A stretch of 64,000 nucleotides of DNA from Patescibacteria group bacterium (GCA_038064195.1 JBBTTO010000003.1:114428-178427), one strand, 5' to 3'. Shown: positions 20,125 to 31,152, counted from the stretch's first letter. Program-made: numbers and translations. Notes: generated by a model not told the origin, from the letters alone.

Positions 20125-21306
20125 ATGCTACTTACCGCGCTTGTTTTTTTACTCATCCTTTCGGTTCTGGTCCTCATTCATGAACTCGGGCATTTCTTAG
20201 TTGCCAAAAAATTAAATATCAAAGTTGAGGAGTTCGGTTTTGGTCTGCCGCCGCGTGTTTTTGGTATCAAACGGGGAGAGACAATCTATTCAATTAACTG
20301 GCTGCCGATTGGTGGCTTTGTCAAATTATACGGAGAAGATGACGCAGGCGCAGGTAAGGTTAGCGCAAAGCGCATAGCGCAAAGCGAGAAACCGAAAGCT
20401 CTTGCGAGAGCTTTCTATGCCAGGCCGGTCGGTCAGCGGGCAGCAGTAGTTGTCGCCGGTGTGGTCATGAATACACTGTTGGCTATTGTGATTTTTTACA
20501 TTTTTATGGGGGTCTCAGGTTTTCGAGCACAGCTGCCTCTTCTAAAAGACCATATATTTTACTTTGCGAATACAAGTATTAAGACTGATATTTTGATAAG
20601 TCAAGTTCAAAAAGATTCTCCTGCAGCTAAAATAGGTCTTCCTCAATATGCACAAATCGTGTCGTTAAATACTATCAAGCCCAGTACTCCTGAAGAATTC
20701 ACTTCAATCATTAAGAAAAGTCAGGGGAAGGAGCTTAGTATTACCTGGATTGATCCGAACACCCATAAAAAAACGACCAAGTCCGCAGTCCCGCGTGTCA
20801 ATCCGCCAAAGGGTCAAGGGGCTTTGGGGGTGAGCCTTTTTGGGGCAAGATCAGCCATACTGAATTATGAGACGCCAGTCCAAAAAGTTTTCTCTGGTAT
20901 CACTCATCCGATCAATCTCCTGCTGTACAATTTTGATTTGATCGGCAGTTTGATCAAGTCAGCAGTTAGGGATCATAACGCAACGGCTTTAGGTGAGGGA
21001 GTGGCAGGGCCGGTCGGGATCTATTCACTTGTCGGGACCATCGTACAGATCCCTAATATCAAAGAACGAACGCTCGAGCTTTTGAATTTGGCGGGAATTT
21101 TGTCTATTTCGTTGGCTTTCTTTAATGTCCTACCAATCCCGGCACTCGATGGGGGAAGACTCTTCTTTATCCTCATCGAAGGAGTCACCAGACGAAAAGT
21201 AAATCCCAAATATGAAACTTTAGCCCACACCATCGGTATGGCAGTTTTACTGCTGCTTATTGTGCTGATTACCTTTAAAGACATTTTTCAATTTGTGATT
21301 AAATAA
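20125..21306 (+). CDS. rseP: RIP metalloprotease RseP (M50) with PDZ domain
   Basis: HELGH, FNVLPIPALDGG. Confidence 0.95.
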   Translation: MLLTALVFLLILSVLVLIHELGHFLVAKKLNIKVEEFGFGLPPRVFGIKRGETIYSINWLPIGGFVKLYGEDDAGAGKVSAKRIAQSEKPKALARAFYARPVGQRAAVVVAGVVMNTLLAIVIFYIFMGVSGFRAQLPLLKDHIFYFANTSIKTDILISQVQKDSPAAKIGLPQYAQIVSLNTIKPSTPEEFTSIIKKSQGKELSITWIDPNTHKKTTKSAVPRVNPPKGQGALGVSLFGARSAILNYETPVQKVFSGITHPINLLLYNFDLIGSLIKSAVRDHNATALGEGVAGPVGIYSLVGTIVQIPNIKERTLELLNLAGILSISLAFFNVLPIPALDGGRLFFILIEGVTRRKVNPKYETLAHTIGMAVLLLLIVLITFKDIFQFVIK

Positions 21307-21310
21307 TTAC

Positions 21311-21372
21311 GTCATCCTGGCTTGTCCAGGATCGATTCTGGATGCGTTCGCTTTGCTCCTTACCAGAATGAC
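21311..21372. repeat. GTCATC/GATGAC-type REP palindrome
   Basis: gtcatcctgg..ccaggat..ttctgg..ccagaatgac; relatives at about 28818-28843 and 43420-43451. Confidence 0.65.
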
Positions 21373-21419
21373 GTCCCTCTGGACTTGTATTTTATTTAGG
21401 ATCGTCTTATACTTCAGTT

Positions 21420-22565
21420 ATGACTAAGCCAAGAGTAACCTTACCCGGTCCGATTGCGCTTGTAAAAGAGTCATGGGTCATCTATAAAAAAAGCTTTTGG
21501 AATATAATCGGTGTTGGTCTCCTCGCAATTCTTACCGTCCTTGGGTATATTGTCCTCGGTGGACTCGGCGGCGGCTTAATGGCTGTCATTTTTGCCAATC
21601 ACTTCAATATTTTCTCTTATCTTTTTATAGGGATTGTCGGGGTTTTGTATTTACTCGGTTTTTTTGCAGTCATAGCCTGGGCACAGGCAGCTTTTGTGGT
21701 CGTCATCCGTGACTCTGGAAAAAAGACAGGGAGCAGACTGGCTTTTAAAAATGCCCGTCAGTATGCAATTCCTTTAGTCATGACATCTCTTTTGTCGATG
21801 GTCCTCGTTTTCGGCGGAGTATTGCTTTTTATTATTCCCGGGATACTTTTAGGTATTTGGTTTAGCTATAGTATCTATGCGATTGTCTGTGAAGATAAGA
21901 AAGGCTTGTTAGCCCTTCATTCAAGTCGGGAGTATTTCAGAGGAAAATTTTGGAAGATCATAGGGAGAGAGATTGCAGTACGCTTGCCCGAAATCATCCT
22001 GAGCATGTTTATAACATCTCTGGTCACCCAACATGTACTCCCGGGATCGGTTCAAGGACTATATCAACTGCTATCCCTACTGGCTGCGCCTTTTTATATT
22101 ATTTATTCGTATCTTCTTTACACCAAAGTTCGCGAGGCGACCGGGTCCGTTGCAACGGTACCGGGGGGAAATAAAAAAGTTTACCTGGGTATCCCGGCCG
22201 TAGGGTATGTCCTTGTTGTTATAGCTGCTATTTACACCGGGCCGATGATCATGAAATTGGCCTCCCAGACACCTGAGATACTCCCGGCGATGATGGGCAA
22301 GTCGTTGACCAACGACCAGGTACTTCCAAGTACTGCCATAGTTTATGGCTTGGTCAGCTACTACCTAACCAACAAACATTATCCTTCCAGTCTTGAGAGT
22401 ATTGTAGATAAAAGCTTTTTACCGAAGGTTCCTAATGATCCCAAGACTGGCCTACCGTATCGTTATACGGTGCTTGAGGCCGGTCAGGACTTCAAGCTAT
22501 GCACCCCTCAAGGAGAGAAGCCTGAAAAATGTGTTACCTCCAAATCGTCTCAATTTGACCTCTAA
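21420..22565 (+). CDS. multi-pass membrane protein with C-terminal pilin/GspG-like domain
   Basis: LLFIIPGI membrane motif; YPSSL..DPKTGLPYRY..C..C. Confidence 0.7.
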   Translation: MTKPRVTLPGPIALVKESWVIYKKSFWNIIGVGLLAILTVLGYIVLGGLGGGLMAVIFANHFNIFSYLFIGIVGVLYLLGFFAVIAWAQAAFVVVIRDSGKKTGSRLAFKNARQYAIPLVMTSLLSMVLVFGGVLLFIIPGILLGIWFSYSIYAIVCEDKKGLLALHSSREYFRGKFWKIIGREIAVRLPEIILSMFITSLVTQHVLPGSVQGLYQLLSLLAAPFYIIYSYLLYTKVREATGSVATVPGGNKKVYLGIPAVGYVLVVIAAIYTGPMIMKLASQTPEILPAMMGKSLTNDQVLPSTAIVYGLVSYYLTNKHYPSSLESIVDKSFLPKVPNDPKTGLPYRYTVLEAGQDFKLCTPQGEKPEKCVTSKSSQFDL

Positions 22566-22666
22566 ATAACCGCTGAAAAACACGGAACCAAAGTTTGGAC
22601 ACACTGAACAACGCAGAAGCGCCTCTAGAGTAATTGTTCAGAATGTGGTATACATAATGCTACTTC

Positions 22667-23449
22667 ATGATAGACCTAGGACAAATCCTCAGGGACAAAC
22701 AATTTGTGATCTATCAGCAGCACGGGCTCCATGTCGCCAAGGTAGATACTATGTATGAGGGTTTTCGCATCGCCCGTGAAACTCTCTATTCTATAGTCGA
22801 CAAAACAACCGTTCTTTATTTATCAGGCGGTAGGACCCCAAAAGACCTCTACGAAAATTTAGCCAACGATAGAAAAATCCTTCCGGGAGCAGTCGCACTC
22901 GTTGATGAGCGGTATGGTCCCAAAGGACATGTCAATAGTAATGAGAAGATGATAACAGAAAGTGGTTTTATGCCCTATTTGGCTGGGGCTGGAGTTCCAT
23001 TTTATCCGGTTTTACAAGATAACAAACCTGGGATTGAGGAAATGGCTGATAACTACGATATGACAGTACGCTATCTTTTTGCGGGATTTCCCAAGAGTGT
23101 TGCTACACTTGGGATCGGGATGGATGGACACACGGCAGGTATTGCCGGGAATCGCCCTGATGTAGTAGGCACTCCCGGCTTTCACAATCCGATGTTTGAT
23201 CCGGAGCAAAAAAATCTTTTAGTTTCACATTTCTCTGACATGCAGGGGATGTTCAAAGAAAGAATTTCTCTGACCTTCCTCGGCCTATCGATGATTGATG
23301 TCCTGATCGTGATGGTTTTCGGCAATGATAAAAGAGAGACTTTAGAAAAAGTTTTTACAGAGGGTAGTGAAGAGGATGTCCCGGCTAGATTCCTTAAGCG
23401 CCCCGATATTGCTAAACGGACACTTCTTATAACAGACCAGAAAGTTTAG
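22667..23449 (+). CDS. pgl: 6-phosphogluconolactonase
   Basis: LSGGRTP, VDERY, LGIGMDGHTAG, RISLT; next to zwf. Confidence 0.88.
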   Translation: MIDLGQILRDKQFVIYQQHGLHVAKVDTMYEGFRIARETLYSIVDKTTVLYLSGGRTPKDLYENLANDRKILPGAVALVDERYGPKGHVNSNEKMITESGFMPYLAGAGVPFYPVLQDNKPGIEEMADNYDMTVRYLFAGFPKSVATLGIGMDGHTAGIAGNRPDVVGTPGFHNPMFDPEQKNLLVSHFSDMQGMFKERISLTFLGLSMIDVLIVMVFGNDKRETLEKVFTEGSEEDVPARFLKRPDIAKRTLLITDQKV

Positions 23450-23545
23450 TCACGAATGGATACGAATTATTACTACGAATGAGTCCAAATATTCGGGATT
23501 ATTCAGACTAAACATCCGGATTCATTAGTGATTTAATTAAGTATT

Positions 23546-24973
23546 ATGACTTCTCCTTTTGCTTTAGTTATCTTCGGCGCCACAGGAGATTTGATGCGGG
23601 CTAAATTAATGCCTTCGCTTTTTTCTCTTTTCAAACAAGGTCTTCTCCCAGAGGATTTTTTTATTTTCGGTTTTTCCAGACGCGAGATTTCGGATCAGGA
23701 ATTTTATGCATTATTCCCGAAATTAGCTCAAGACGCAGCCTGGGCTGATTTTATCCGTCATGTTCAGTATCAACAGGGTAACTTTGAAGACGAAAAGGGA
23801 TATAAAGAGTTGATCAGTAAATTAACGCAACTTGATGAAAAGATGGGAGCGTGTATCACCCGTCTTTTTTACTTAGCGACACCACCTGATAATTATGAAC
23901 AAATTCTGGACAATCTTGATAAGACTAAATTGGCTGAAGGTTGCGGACAAGGAAGTAATAAATGGACACGGATTATTTTAGAAAAACCTTTCGGTCGCGA
24001 TCTGGAGACAGCCCAGCATTTAGATCAGAAATTAGCAACGATATTTGAAGAGCGTCAGATTTTCAGGGTAGATCATTATTTAGGTAAAGAAAATGTACAG
24101 AACATGCTGGCTTTTCGATTTGCCAACGGCATTTTTGAGCCTGTTTGGAATAATAAATACATCGATCATATCCAGGTCACCATTAGTGAAAAAAACGGTA
24201 TCGGAACGAGGGGGAAATTTTATGACGGTGTAGGAAATCTGCGGGATGTAGCCCAAAATCATTTACTGCAGCTTGTTGCAGCAGTGGCCATGGAGCAACC
24301 AAAATCTTTTATGAAAGAAGATGTGAGAGATGCTCGAGCGAGCGCAATCCAGGCAATTGAGTGTATCGAGTCTGATAGTGTACCTGAGAAAGTTATAAGG
24401 GGACAGTATAAAAGTTATCTCTCAGAGAGTAATGTCAGTCCTTCGTCTCAAACAGAAACATTTGTCGCGATGAAATTTTCGATGGATAGTGAGCGCATGA
24501 AAGGGATCCCTATCTATGTCCGGGTAGGCAAGAAAATGGAGAAAGACGTGGTCGAAATTTCGATAGTCTTTATCCAGACCTGTCATATTTTATTTAAAGA
24601 ATACGGCTGCCCTGAGATCGGCAACGTTATCACGATCCGCATTCAACCTGACGAAGGAATAAAAATGCGTTTTATTACTAAGAAGCCCGGGACTAAGCTG
24701 GCATTAGAACCAGTCGAAATGAAATTTACTTATCAAGACCATTTTGGTAAGAAAGGACCTGATGCATATGAAAAAGTGTTACTTGATATTATGAGTGGGG
24801 AACAAATGCTTTTTAATCGTACCGATGAACTCATGAGTTCATGGGAGTTTATTACCAATATCTTAGAGGGATGGAAAAAGAATAATCCTCCCTTATATAT
24901 TTATGAAGACGGATCAGAGGGGCCAAAAGAAGCAAAGGAATTGATCGAAAAAGACGGGAGGCATTGGCTCTGA
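23546..24973 (+). CDS. zwf: glucose-6-phosphate 1-dehydrogenase
   Basis: IFGATGDL, LEKPFG, RVDHYLGKE. Confidence 0.97.
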   Translation: MTSPFALVIFGATGDLMRAKLMPSLFSLFKQGLLPEDFFIFGFSRREISDQEFYALFPKLAQDAAWADFIRHVQYQQGNFEDEKGYKELISKLTQLDEKMGACITRLFYLATPPDNYEQILDNLDKTKLAEGCGQGSNKWTRIILEKPFGRDLETAQHLDQKLATIFEERQIFRVDHYLGKENVQNMLAFRFANGIFEPVWNNKYIDHIQVTISEKNGIGTRGKFYDGVGNLRDVAQNHLLQLVAAVAMEQPKSFMKEDVRDARASAIQAIECIESDSVPEKVIRGQYKSYLSESNVSPSSQTETFVAMKFSMDSERMKGIPIYVRVGKKMEKDVVEISIVFIQTCHILFKEYGCPEIGNVITIRIQPDEGIKMRFITKKPGTKLALEPVEMKFTYQDHFGKKGPDAYEKVLLDIMSGEQMLFNRTDELMSSWEFITNILEGWKKNNPPLYIYEDGSEGPKEAKELIEKDGRHWL

Positions 24974-24977
24974 CTCT

Positions 24978-25685
24978 ATGAATTCAAAAAGAATTGCTAT
25001 AACCGGTGCACATGGTGTGATAGGAGCTTTTTTAGTTGCAGAGCTATCTCATCATGGTTATGAGATAACCCAGCTCGTACGAGCTTCAACTGATATCAAT
25101 AATTATGATGGGCTCGTGCAGGCATTAGCCGGGCATGCTGCTGTCATCCATCTTGCCTGGAATAGCCGAGCAGAGGATGTACATAGCGGACAAGCTGATC
25201 AAGACAATACCCGGATGTTTTCAAATGTTTATCGCGCAGCTTTAGAAGCGAAAGTTAAACGTGTAATTATGGCAAGCTCAGTGCATGCTCATGGATTTTA
25301 TAATGTAACCCCCGATAATCTTATCCATCCCTATGATTTGCCTACACCTGATAGTCCCTATGGAGCGAGCAAAGTGCATATGGAGGCGCTCGGAAGATTT
25401 TATGCTACAGAAGGGTTGGAAGTCATCTGTATTAGGTTTGGCGCATTCGGAAAACAAAATATCCCACCTGTCGTTACTAGACGCAACAATCCGATTGAGA
25501 AAATCAAAAGAGCTGTATGGTTAAGTCGTGACGATTGTGTCGGGCTTGTTCGAAAATGTCTTGAAGCCCCATCACTACCTAACAATTATGAACTGCTGTA
25601 TGGTATCTCCAACAATTCCGGTCGAGTTCATGATATAACTAATCATATCGGCTGGGTACCTCACGATGACGCGAATGAATTTTAA
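24978..25685 (+). CDS. NAD-dependent epimerase/dehydratase (uronate dehydrogenase-like)
   Basis: ITGAHGVIG, ASSVHA, YGASK, CIRFG. Confidence 0.85.
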   Translation: MNSKRIAITGAHGVIGAFLVAELSHHGYEITQLVRASTDINNYDGLVQALAGHAAVIHLAWNSRAEDVHSGQADQDNTRMFSNVYRAALEAKVKRVIMASSVHAHGFYNVTPDNLIHPYDLPTPDSPYGASKVHMEALGRFYATEGLEVICIRFGAFGKQNIPPVVTRRNNPIEKIKRAVWLSRDDCVGLVRKCLEAPSLPNNYELLYGISNNSGRVHDITNHIGWVPHDDANEF

Positions 25686-25690
25686 GTAAT

Positions 25691-26656
25691 ATGCAAATAG
25701 GATTTATCGGACTTGGCAAAATGGGCACTCGGATGGTATTTAAGCTTCTTGAAGGGGGACATGAGGTTGTGGTTTGGAATAGATCAACGGAGCCGATAAA
25801 AGATTTAGAATTTAGAATTCAGGATTCAGAATCGGAGAAATATTTTAAGACTGCTAATACAATTAAGGATTTGATTTCTCAATTAGATAAGCCTCGAATT
25901 ATTTGGTCTATGCTGCCGGCAGGAGGGGTGACTGAGTCGGCTCTTAAAGAAATTGCAAATTATGTTGAAAAGGGAGATATCGTCGTCGACGGGGGCAATG
26001 CGTTTTATAAAGACACGCAAAGACGTAGCGAAGAGCTTAGCGCAAAGGGCATAGCGTTTTTAGGTATAGGAGTTAGCGGTGGAATCAAGGCTGTCGATAA
26101 AGGATATCCCTTGATGGTAGGGGGAGACAAGTCGGCATTTGAGGAAATAAAACCGATCCTTGAAACGCTTATTAAGCCGGACGGGCCAGCCTCGACTAGC
26201 GCGAGTCTAGGCGGGGGGTATGAGTATTTTGGGACAGGCGGAGCCGGGCATTTCGTAAAAATGGTCCATAACGGTATCGAGTACGGCATGATGCAAGCAA
26301 TTGGTGAAGGATATGGCGTCCTTGAGAAAGCGCCATATGAAATAGATCTGGTAAAAGTCAGTCAGCTCTGGCAAAAAAATACGATAGTCACGAGTTATCT
26401 TAATGAGTGTGCGAAAGATGCATTGGAGAAAGACCCGACTCTGTCAGGTCTTGACGGTGTCATCGATGCCACCGGGGAAGCAGAGTGGACGGTCAACCAA
26501 GCCCGCGAAGAAGGAGTCTATGCTGAGAATATCGACCAGTCACTTGATTTTCGCAGGCGTTCAAAAACTGATAAAAATGTTAGCTCTTCTTTTGCTGCGC
26601 GGATGGTCGCAGCTCTGCGCCGCGAATTCGGCGGCCACGCCGTGAAGAAAAAATAA
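25691..26656 (+). CDS. gnd: 6-phosphogluconate dehydrogenase (short, YqeC-type)
   Basis: GFIGLGKMG, VDGGN, GHFVKMVHNGIEYG, LRREFGGHAVK. Confidence 0.95.
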   Translation: MQIGFIGLGKMGTRMVFKLLEGGHEVVVWNRSTEPIKDLEFRIQDSESEKYFKTANTIKDLISQLDKPRIIWSMLPAGGVTESALKEIANYVEKGDIVVDGGNAFYKDTQRRSEELSAKGIAFLGIGVSGGIKAVDKGYPLMVGGDKSAFEEIKPILETLIKPDGPASTSASLGGGYEYFGTGGAGHFVKMVHNGIEYGMMQAIGEGYGVLEKAPYEIDLVKVSQLWQKNTIVTSYLNECAKDALEKDPTLSGLDGVIDATGEAEWTVNQAREEGVYAENIDQSLDFRRRSKTDKNVSSSFAARMVAALRREFGGHAVKKK

Positions 26657-26685
26657 GGATAACATGCCACAATTAGTGGGGGAAT

Positions 26686-27483
26686 ATGGATATGTATAAA
26701 GTAATAATTTCTGACTTTGATGGTACTCTTGTAGGAGTAAATTATAAACTGTCCAAAAAGCTCAAGCATGCAGTTAGTGAATGGTTACGCGCGGGTAAGT
26801 TTTTTTCAGTTGCAACAGGGAAAGCATTCGTTCCAATGTTAACAAACGCCTTAGAAGAGCTGAATATAACATCGCCGATTATCATTAACGGAGGTGCCGA
26901 GATAATTAGTTGGAGATCAAAGGAGATCTTATTTTCTGCATATATAACTCCTGATATTGCGCAAGCGATTTGTAATCTGTTAACTCAACATAACTATCCT
27001 TTTGTCGTGGTTAAGACCGATAAAGTATATTCGTTTTCTAAGGAGAATGACCTGCATAAAGAAGATATTAGCTTTAGAGATTTATCTAAACTAGCTAATT
27101 ATCACAATATTTCTAAGATTAGAATAACCACTACAGATTTGCAAGAAGATATAGTAGAAAATTTTGTTAAGCAGGAAATAACAGATGTATATCCGACAAT
27201 TAACGTAGTCCGAGGTTATACTCCTTCATCAAAGGGTTATGATATAACGTCAGTGAACGCGACGAAGCAATTAGCTATGATTAAACTCTTTGAGTTATTA
27301 AAAATTGATCGCAGTGAAGTAATTGGAATTGGAGACGGATTCAATGATTATTCTTTGTTAACCGCGTGTGGATATAAGGTGGCGTTGGAGAATGCACCAG
27401 AAGATTTGAAGTCGATAGCGGACTATATAGCACCTTCTGCTGATAAGGACGGTGTAGCAGATGTTATTTACAAGCATATTTGA
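26686..27483 (+). CDS. Cof-like HAD hydrolase
   Basis: SDFDGTL, ATGK, IGDGFND. Confidence 0.9.
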   Translation: MDMYKVIISDFDGTLVGVNYKLSKKLKHAVSEWLRAGKFFSVATGKAFVPMLTNALEELNITSPIIINGGAEIISWRSKEILFSAYITPDIAQAICNLLTQHNYPFVVVKTDKVYSFSKENDLHKEDISFRDLSKLANYHNISKIRITTTDLQEDIVENFVKQEITDVYPTINVVRGYTPSSKGYDITSVNATKQLAMIKLFELLKIDRSEVIGIGDGFNDYSLLTACGYKVALENAPEDLKSIADYIAPSADKDGVADVIYKHI

Positions 27484-27527
27484 GTAGCTAGGCAGTAAGA
27501 TGTTCTAGTGCTATACTAGGTACGATT

Positions 27528-28754
27528 ATGCGATATTCGTCATTTTTCCCACAGACTATCAAAGAAGCTCCAAAAGATGAGGTGGCTGTTAATGCCAAAT
27601 ATCTTATCCGTGGCGGGTATATCGATAAATTAATGGCCGGATCCTATACACTTTTGCCACTTGGAATGCGCGTCGTCCAAAAAATTAATCAAATTATAAG
27701 GGAGGAGATGAATAAGACCGGAGCGCAGGAATTACTTATGCCGCTACTTCATCCGAAGGAGATCTGGAATGAGACAGGCAGGTGGGACTCTGCTAAAGAA
27801 GTCATGTATCAATTTGAGAAAAATGACAAAGAATATGCGTTATCTTTCACCCATGAGGAAATTGTCATGGATCTCATCCGCAAGCATACGAATTCTTATA
27901 AAAATCTGCCGGTCAAAGTCTATCATTTCTCAACGAAGTTTCGTAACGAGCTCCGTGCCAAATCAGGCATCTTGAGGGGGAGAGAATTTATGATGAAAGA
28001 TCTCTATAGTGCTCACAGGAGTGAAGAAGACTTACTGACATACTACTGGCAGGTAGCGGATGCTTATATAGAAATTTTCAAGCGGATCGGGATTGATGTC
28101 AAAATTACTGAAGCAGACGGGGGGGTTTTTACCAAATCACATACCCATGAATTCCAGGCGCTTTGTGAAGTCGGTGAGGATACTATCTATCACAAGGAAG
28201 GCTGGAAGTTCTGGAAGAATAAAGAGGTTATGACACAGGAAGAATTGGATGATCCAGAAGTGAAAAACGCACAGGCAATCGAGGTCGGCAATATTTTTCC
28301 ACTCGGCACGATGTATGCTGAGAGGATGAATGCACTCTTTACCGATGAGGACGGGTCACGTAAGCCGGTCTGGTTTGCCAGTTACGGCATCGGTCCGACC
28401 AGAGTTATGGGGACAGTCGTTGAGATATCACATGATGACAGGGGGATTATTTGGCCGGAGGCAATCGCTCCTTTCGCGGTTCACCTGATAGGACTGCATG
28501 AACGAGCTGATGAAGTTTATGAAGAGCTGGTACAGGCCGGAGTCGATGTCCTCTATGATGATAGATGGGACAGCGGGGCCGGAGAGAAATTTGCGGACGC
28601 TGACCTCATCGGAATTCCGGTAAGACTTGTCGTCAGTAGCAAAACCCATTCGGCAAGCTCAGGGCAGGCAGGTGAACAGGTGGAGTGGAAAAAAAGAGAT
28701 AGTAGTGAGACGGAGTTGCTTGCAACTGATGAGGTCATTAAAAGGTTGACGTAA
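27528..28754 (+). CDS. proS: prolyl-tRNA synthetase (no editing domain)
   Basis: THEE, KFRNELR, RGREFMMKDLYS, IEVGNIF, YGIG. Confidence 0.96.
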   Translation: MRYSSFFPQTIKEAPKDEVAVNAKYLIRGGYIDKLMAGSYTLLPLGMRVVQKINQIIREEMNKTGAQELLMPLLHPKEIWNETGRWDSAKEVMYQFEKNDKEYALSFTHEEIVMDLIRKHTNSYKNLPVKVYHFSTKFRNELRAKSGILRGREFMMKDLYSAHRSEEDLLTYYWQVADAYIEIFKRIGIDVKITEADGGVFTKSHTHEFQALCEVGEDTIYHKEGWKFWKNKEVMTQEELDDPEVKNAQAIEVGNIFPLGTMYAERMNALFTDEDGSRKPVWFASYGIGPTRVMGTVVEISHDDRGIIWPEAIAPFAVHLIGLHERADEVYEELVQAGVDVLYDDRWDSGAGEKFADADLIGIPVRLVVSSKTHSASSGQAGEQVEWKKRDSSETELLATDEVIKRLT

Positions 28755-28847
28755 TTTTATTCAGGGTTTTTCCACAGGGGACTACTTCTAACAAGGGTCG
28801 TATTTCGGAATCTGATGGGATCCTGAAACAAGTTCAGGATGACTTCG

Positions 28848-29459
28848 TCATTTAGGCAAAGGGAGCAGGGACATAACGTCCACTTGGAAGACCACAATCC
28901 AGACTATTGTATAGATCAAAATCCCGACAGGAACTCCCACAATCAGTAATAGCTTCTTTTTACCTCCCGGTTTTTTCTCGCCTGTCGACTTGGCTTTCGT
29001 ATCGCCATTATTTACAACTCCATAGGTAGTTGTTGAGGGTGTCACGGCCGGTGCTTTGACAATGGGGGTATTAGGATCAATTGTCGGAAGGGGTGTGGCG
29101 TATTTGGCAGCGAGCGCAGCATAGTCGACAGTCGGTTTCATACCCGATGGTTGAGCAGCTGGATTCGGAGGTGGAAGAGGCGGAGCCGCAAGTACTGCGC
29201 CATTAGTTTTGGGTGTCACTGGCGCAGTAGCTACCTGCTCCGACGGGTCAAGGCGGGCCGGTGGGGGCGCGGGCGTTAGTCCCGGTTGACTTGGAAGAGG
29301 TGTGGGTGGTAGAGGCGATAGCCCACCCAGGTCTGGTTGAGCAGCTGGACTTGGAAGTGGTGGAGGGGTAGTCGCTTTGGCACCTGTTGTCGTACCCATG
29401 ACACGGTCATAGACTTCTTTTAATTTGGGATCAAGATTGGCAGTGTTTTTAGGATCCAT
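28848..29459 (-). CDS. proline-rich protein with C-terminal TM
   Basis: LDPKLKEVYDRVMG N-terminus, Pro-rich body, TM tail. Confidence 0.75.
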   Translation of the reverse strand: MDPKNTANLDPKLKEVYDRVMGTTTGAKATTPPPLPSPAAQPDLGGLSPLPPTPLPSQPGLTPAPPPARLDPSEQVATAPVTPKTNGAVLAAPPLPPPNPAAQPSGMKPTVDYAALAAKYATPLPTIDPNTPIVKAPAVTPSTTTYGVVNNGDTKAKSTGEKKPGGKKKLLLIVGVPVGILIYTIVWIVVFQVDVMSLLPLPK

Positions 29460-29623
29460 TTGTTCAGTAGTTAGTTATTAGTGTTTAGAAGTTAGTTAAA
29501 CACTGATTTAATGATCGGGGATTTGTTAGTATTTGTCAAGTAAAACACATTGCTACATTGTTTGATTGTTAAATTGTTTTATAGCAATTGAACAATAGTT
29601 TTTCTTCGGCTATACTTAGCTTT

Positions 29624-30526
29624 ATGAAAATAATCGTTACCCACAATGCTCCTGACTGGGATGCTATCAGCTCAGTTTGGCTCATCAAGAGATATTTACC
29701 CGGTTGGCGGGATGCTATTGTCGAATTTGTTCCGGCAGGGACCAGACGAGCCAAGAGCCAAGAGCTAGGAGATATGATTGACCCGATTGAAATTGTCGGT
29801 GAGGATGAAGTCATCCATGTTGATACCGGACTTGGGCCGCTTGACCACCATCAGACAGCAGACAAAACAGTTTGTGGTGCAACTAAGACCTGGGACTATA
29901 TCCAAATGCAAATCACATTAGCAGGTGAGGAATTGAAAGCCGAACATGTCGAAGCTGTCTCACGAATAGTCGCTATTATTTTGGCGGATGATCATTTCAG
30001 AGAAGTGTTTTGGGCAGATCCGATGGCTGATTATCATGAATTCTCACTCATTGGTTTGCTTGAGGGCATCAAATTATCCCATCCTGATCAGGATAATTTT
30101 TATATGGATTTCGGGATGCAGTGTCTGGACGGAATGGTGCATACTTTTGAAAGTCGTATTTGGTCAGAAAAGGAAATTGCCGATAAAGGCATCAGTTTTC
30201 GCGTTAAGCGTGGCCGCGCCTTGGCCTTTGAGACGGTGAATGACGGTGTAATAAAACTCGCGCAAAAAATGGGCTATATCCTCGTCGTCCGAAAGGATCC
30301 GCGTAAAGGATATGTGCGGATCAAAGCCCGCCCTGCATCAGGCAAAGATGATGATCTCGATCTGACAGCAGCCTATGAAAAGCTGCAAGAGATCGACTCA
30401 AAGGCAACGTGGTTCCTGCACGTCTCCAAAAAAATGCTCCTGAACGGTACTCCTAAAAATCCTAAAATGGTACCCACTACTCTGACGCTTGAGCAGATTA
30501 TTGAAGTTTTAAAAAGTATTTACTAG
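29624..30526 (+). CDS. DHH-superfamily phosphoesterase-like protein
   Basis: VTH..PDWDA, VDTG, LDHHQ. Confidence 0.7.
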   Translation: MKIIVTHNAPDWDAISSVWLIKRYLPGWRDAIVEFVPAGTRRAKSQELGDMIDPIEIVGEDEVIHVDTGLGPLDHHQTADKTVCGATKTWDYIQMQITLAGEELKAEHVEAVSRIVAIILADDHFREVFWADPMADYHEFSLIGLLEGIKLSHPDQDNFYMDFGMQCLDGMVHTFESRIWSEKEIADKGISFRVKRGRALAFETVNDGVIKLAQKMGYILVVRKDPRKGYVRIKARPASGKDDDLDLTAAYEKLQEIDSKATWFLHVSKKMLLNGTPKNPKMVPTTLTLEQIIEVLKSIY

Positions 30527-30615
30527 CAAAGCGCGTAGCGGATAGCGCTAGGCGTTGTTTTTATTTCAAGATCTTGAAACCCTTGGCTCTTTGCGCTATG
30601 CTCTAAGCGATTACT

Positions 30616-30948
30616 ATGAATGATTGTATTTTTTGCAGAATTGCGAGGAAGGAAATTCCTAAAGAATTTACCTACGAGGATGAGGATATTATGGTTTTTC
30701 CTGATATCAATCCTGTCAAACCGATTCATCTCCTGATCATCCCCAAAAAACATATTCCGGAACTCCACGCTCTTGATAATCCGGCTCTTTTTGAGAAGAT
30801 AGGCTCTGTTATCCTCCGGATGATTGTGAAGATGGAGCTACAAAATAAAGGGTACCGAGTCGTCATCAATGGCGGAGGGGCACAGCTGGTCGATCATCTC
30901 CATATCCACCTCATGGGCCCCATCGCCAAAACCGCCAGTCTCGGCTAG
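30616..30948 (+). CDS. HIT family nucleotide-binding protein
   Basis: DCIFCRI, HLHIHL. Confidence 0.93.
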   Translation: MNDCIFCRIARKEIPKEFTYEDEDIMVFPDINPVKPIHLLIIPKKHIPELHALDNPALFEKIGSVILRMIVKMELQNKGYRVVINGGGAQLVDHLHIHLMGPIAKTASLG

Positions 30949-31152
30949 TGAGAGTCTAGGCGGGCTTCTCTTTAGGCTTCAGGTTTACATGTCTTCGCTT
31001 TTGATGTAAAATAGAGCCCTACGGAATGTAGATCCGCAAAAGGTTAGCAAGGGGGCTTGCCACTCCGAAGCCCGACTCAAAGCTTGGGATAAGGAATTTA
31101 AGGTGAACCCTCCTTCGTTAAAACTTCGGCGGGCGAAGGGTGGTGTTTTTTT

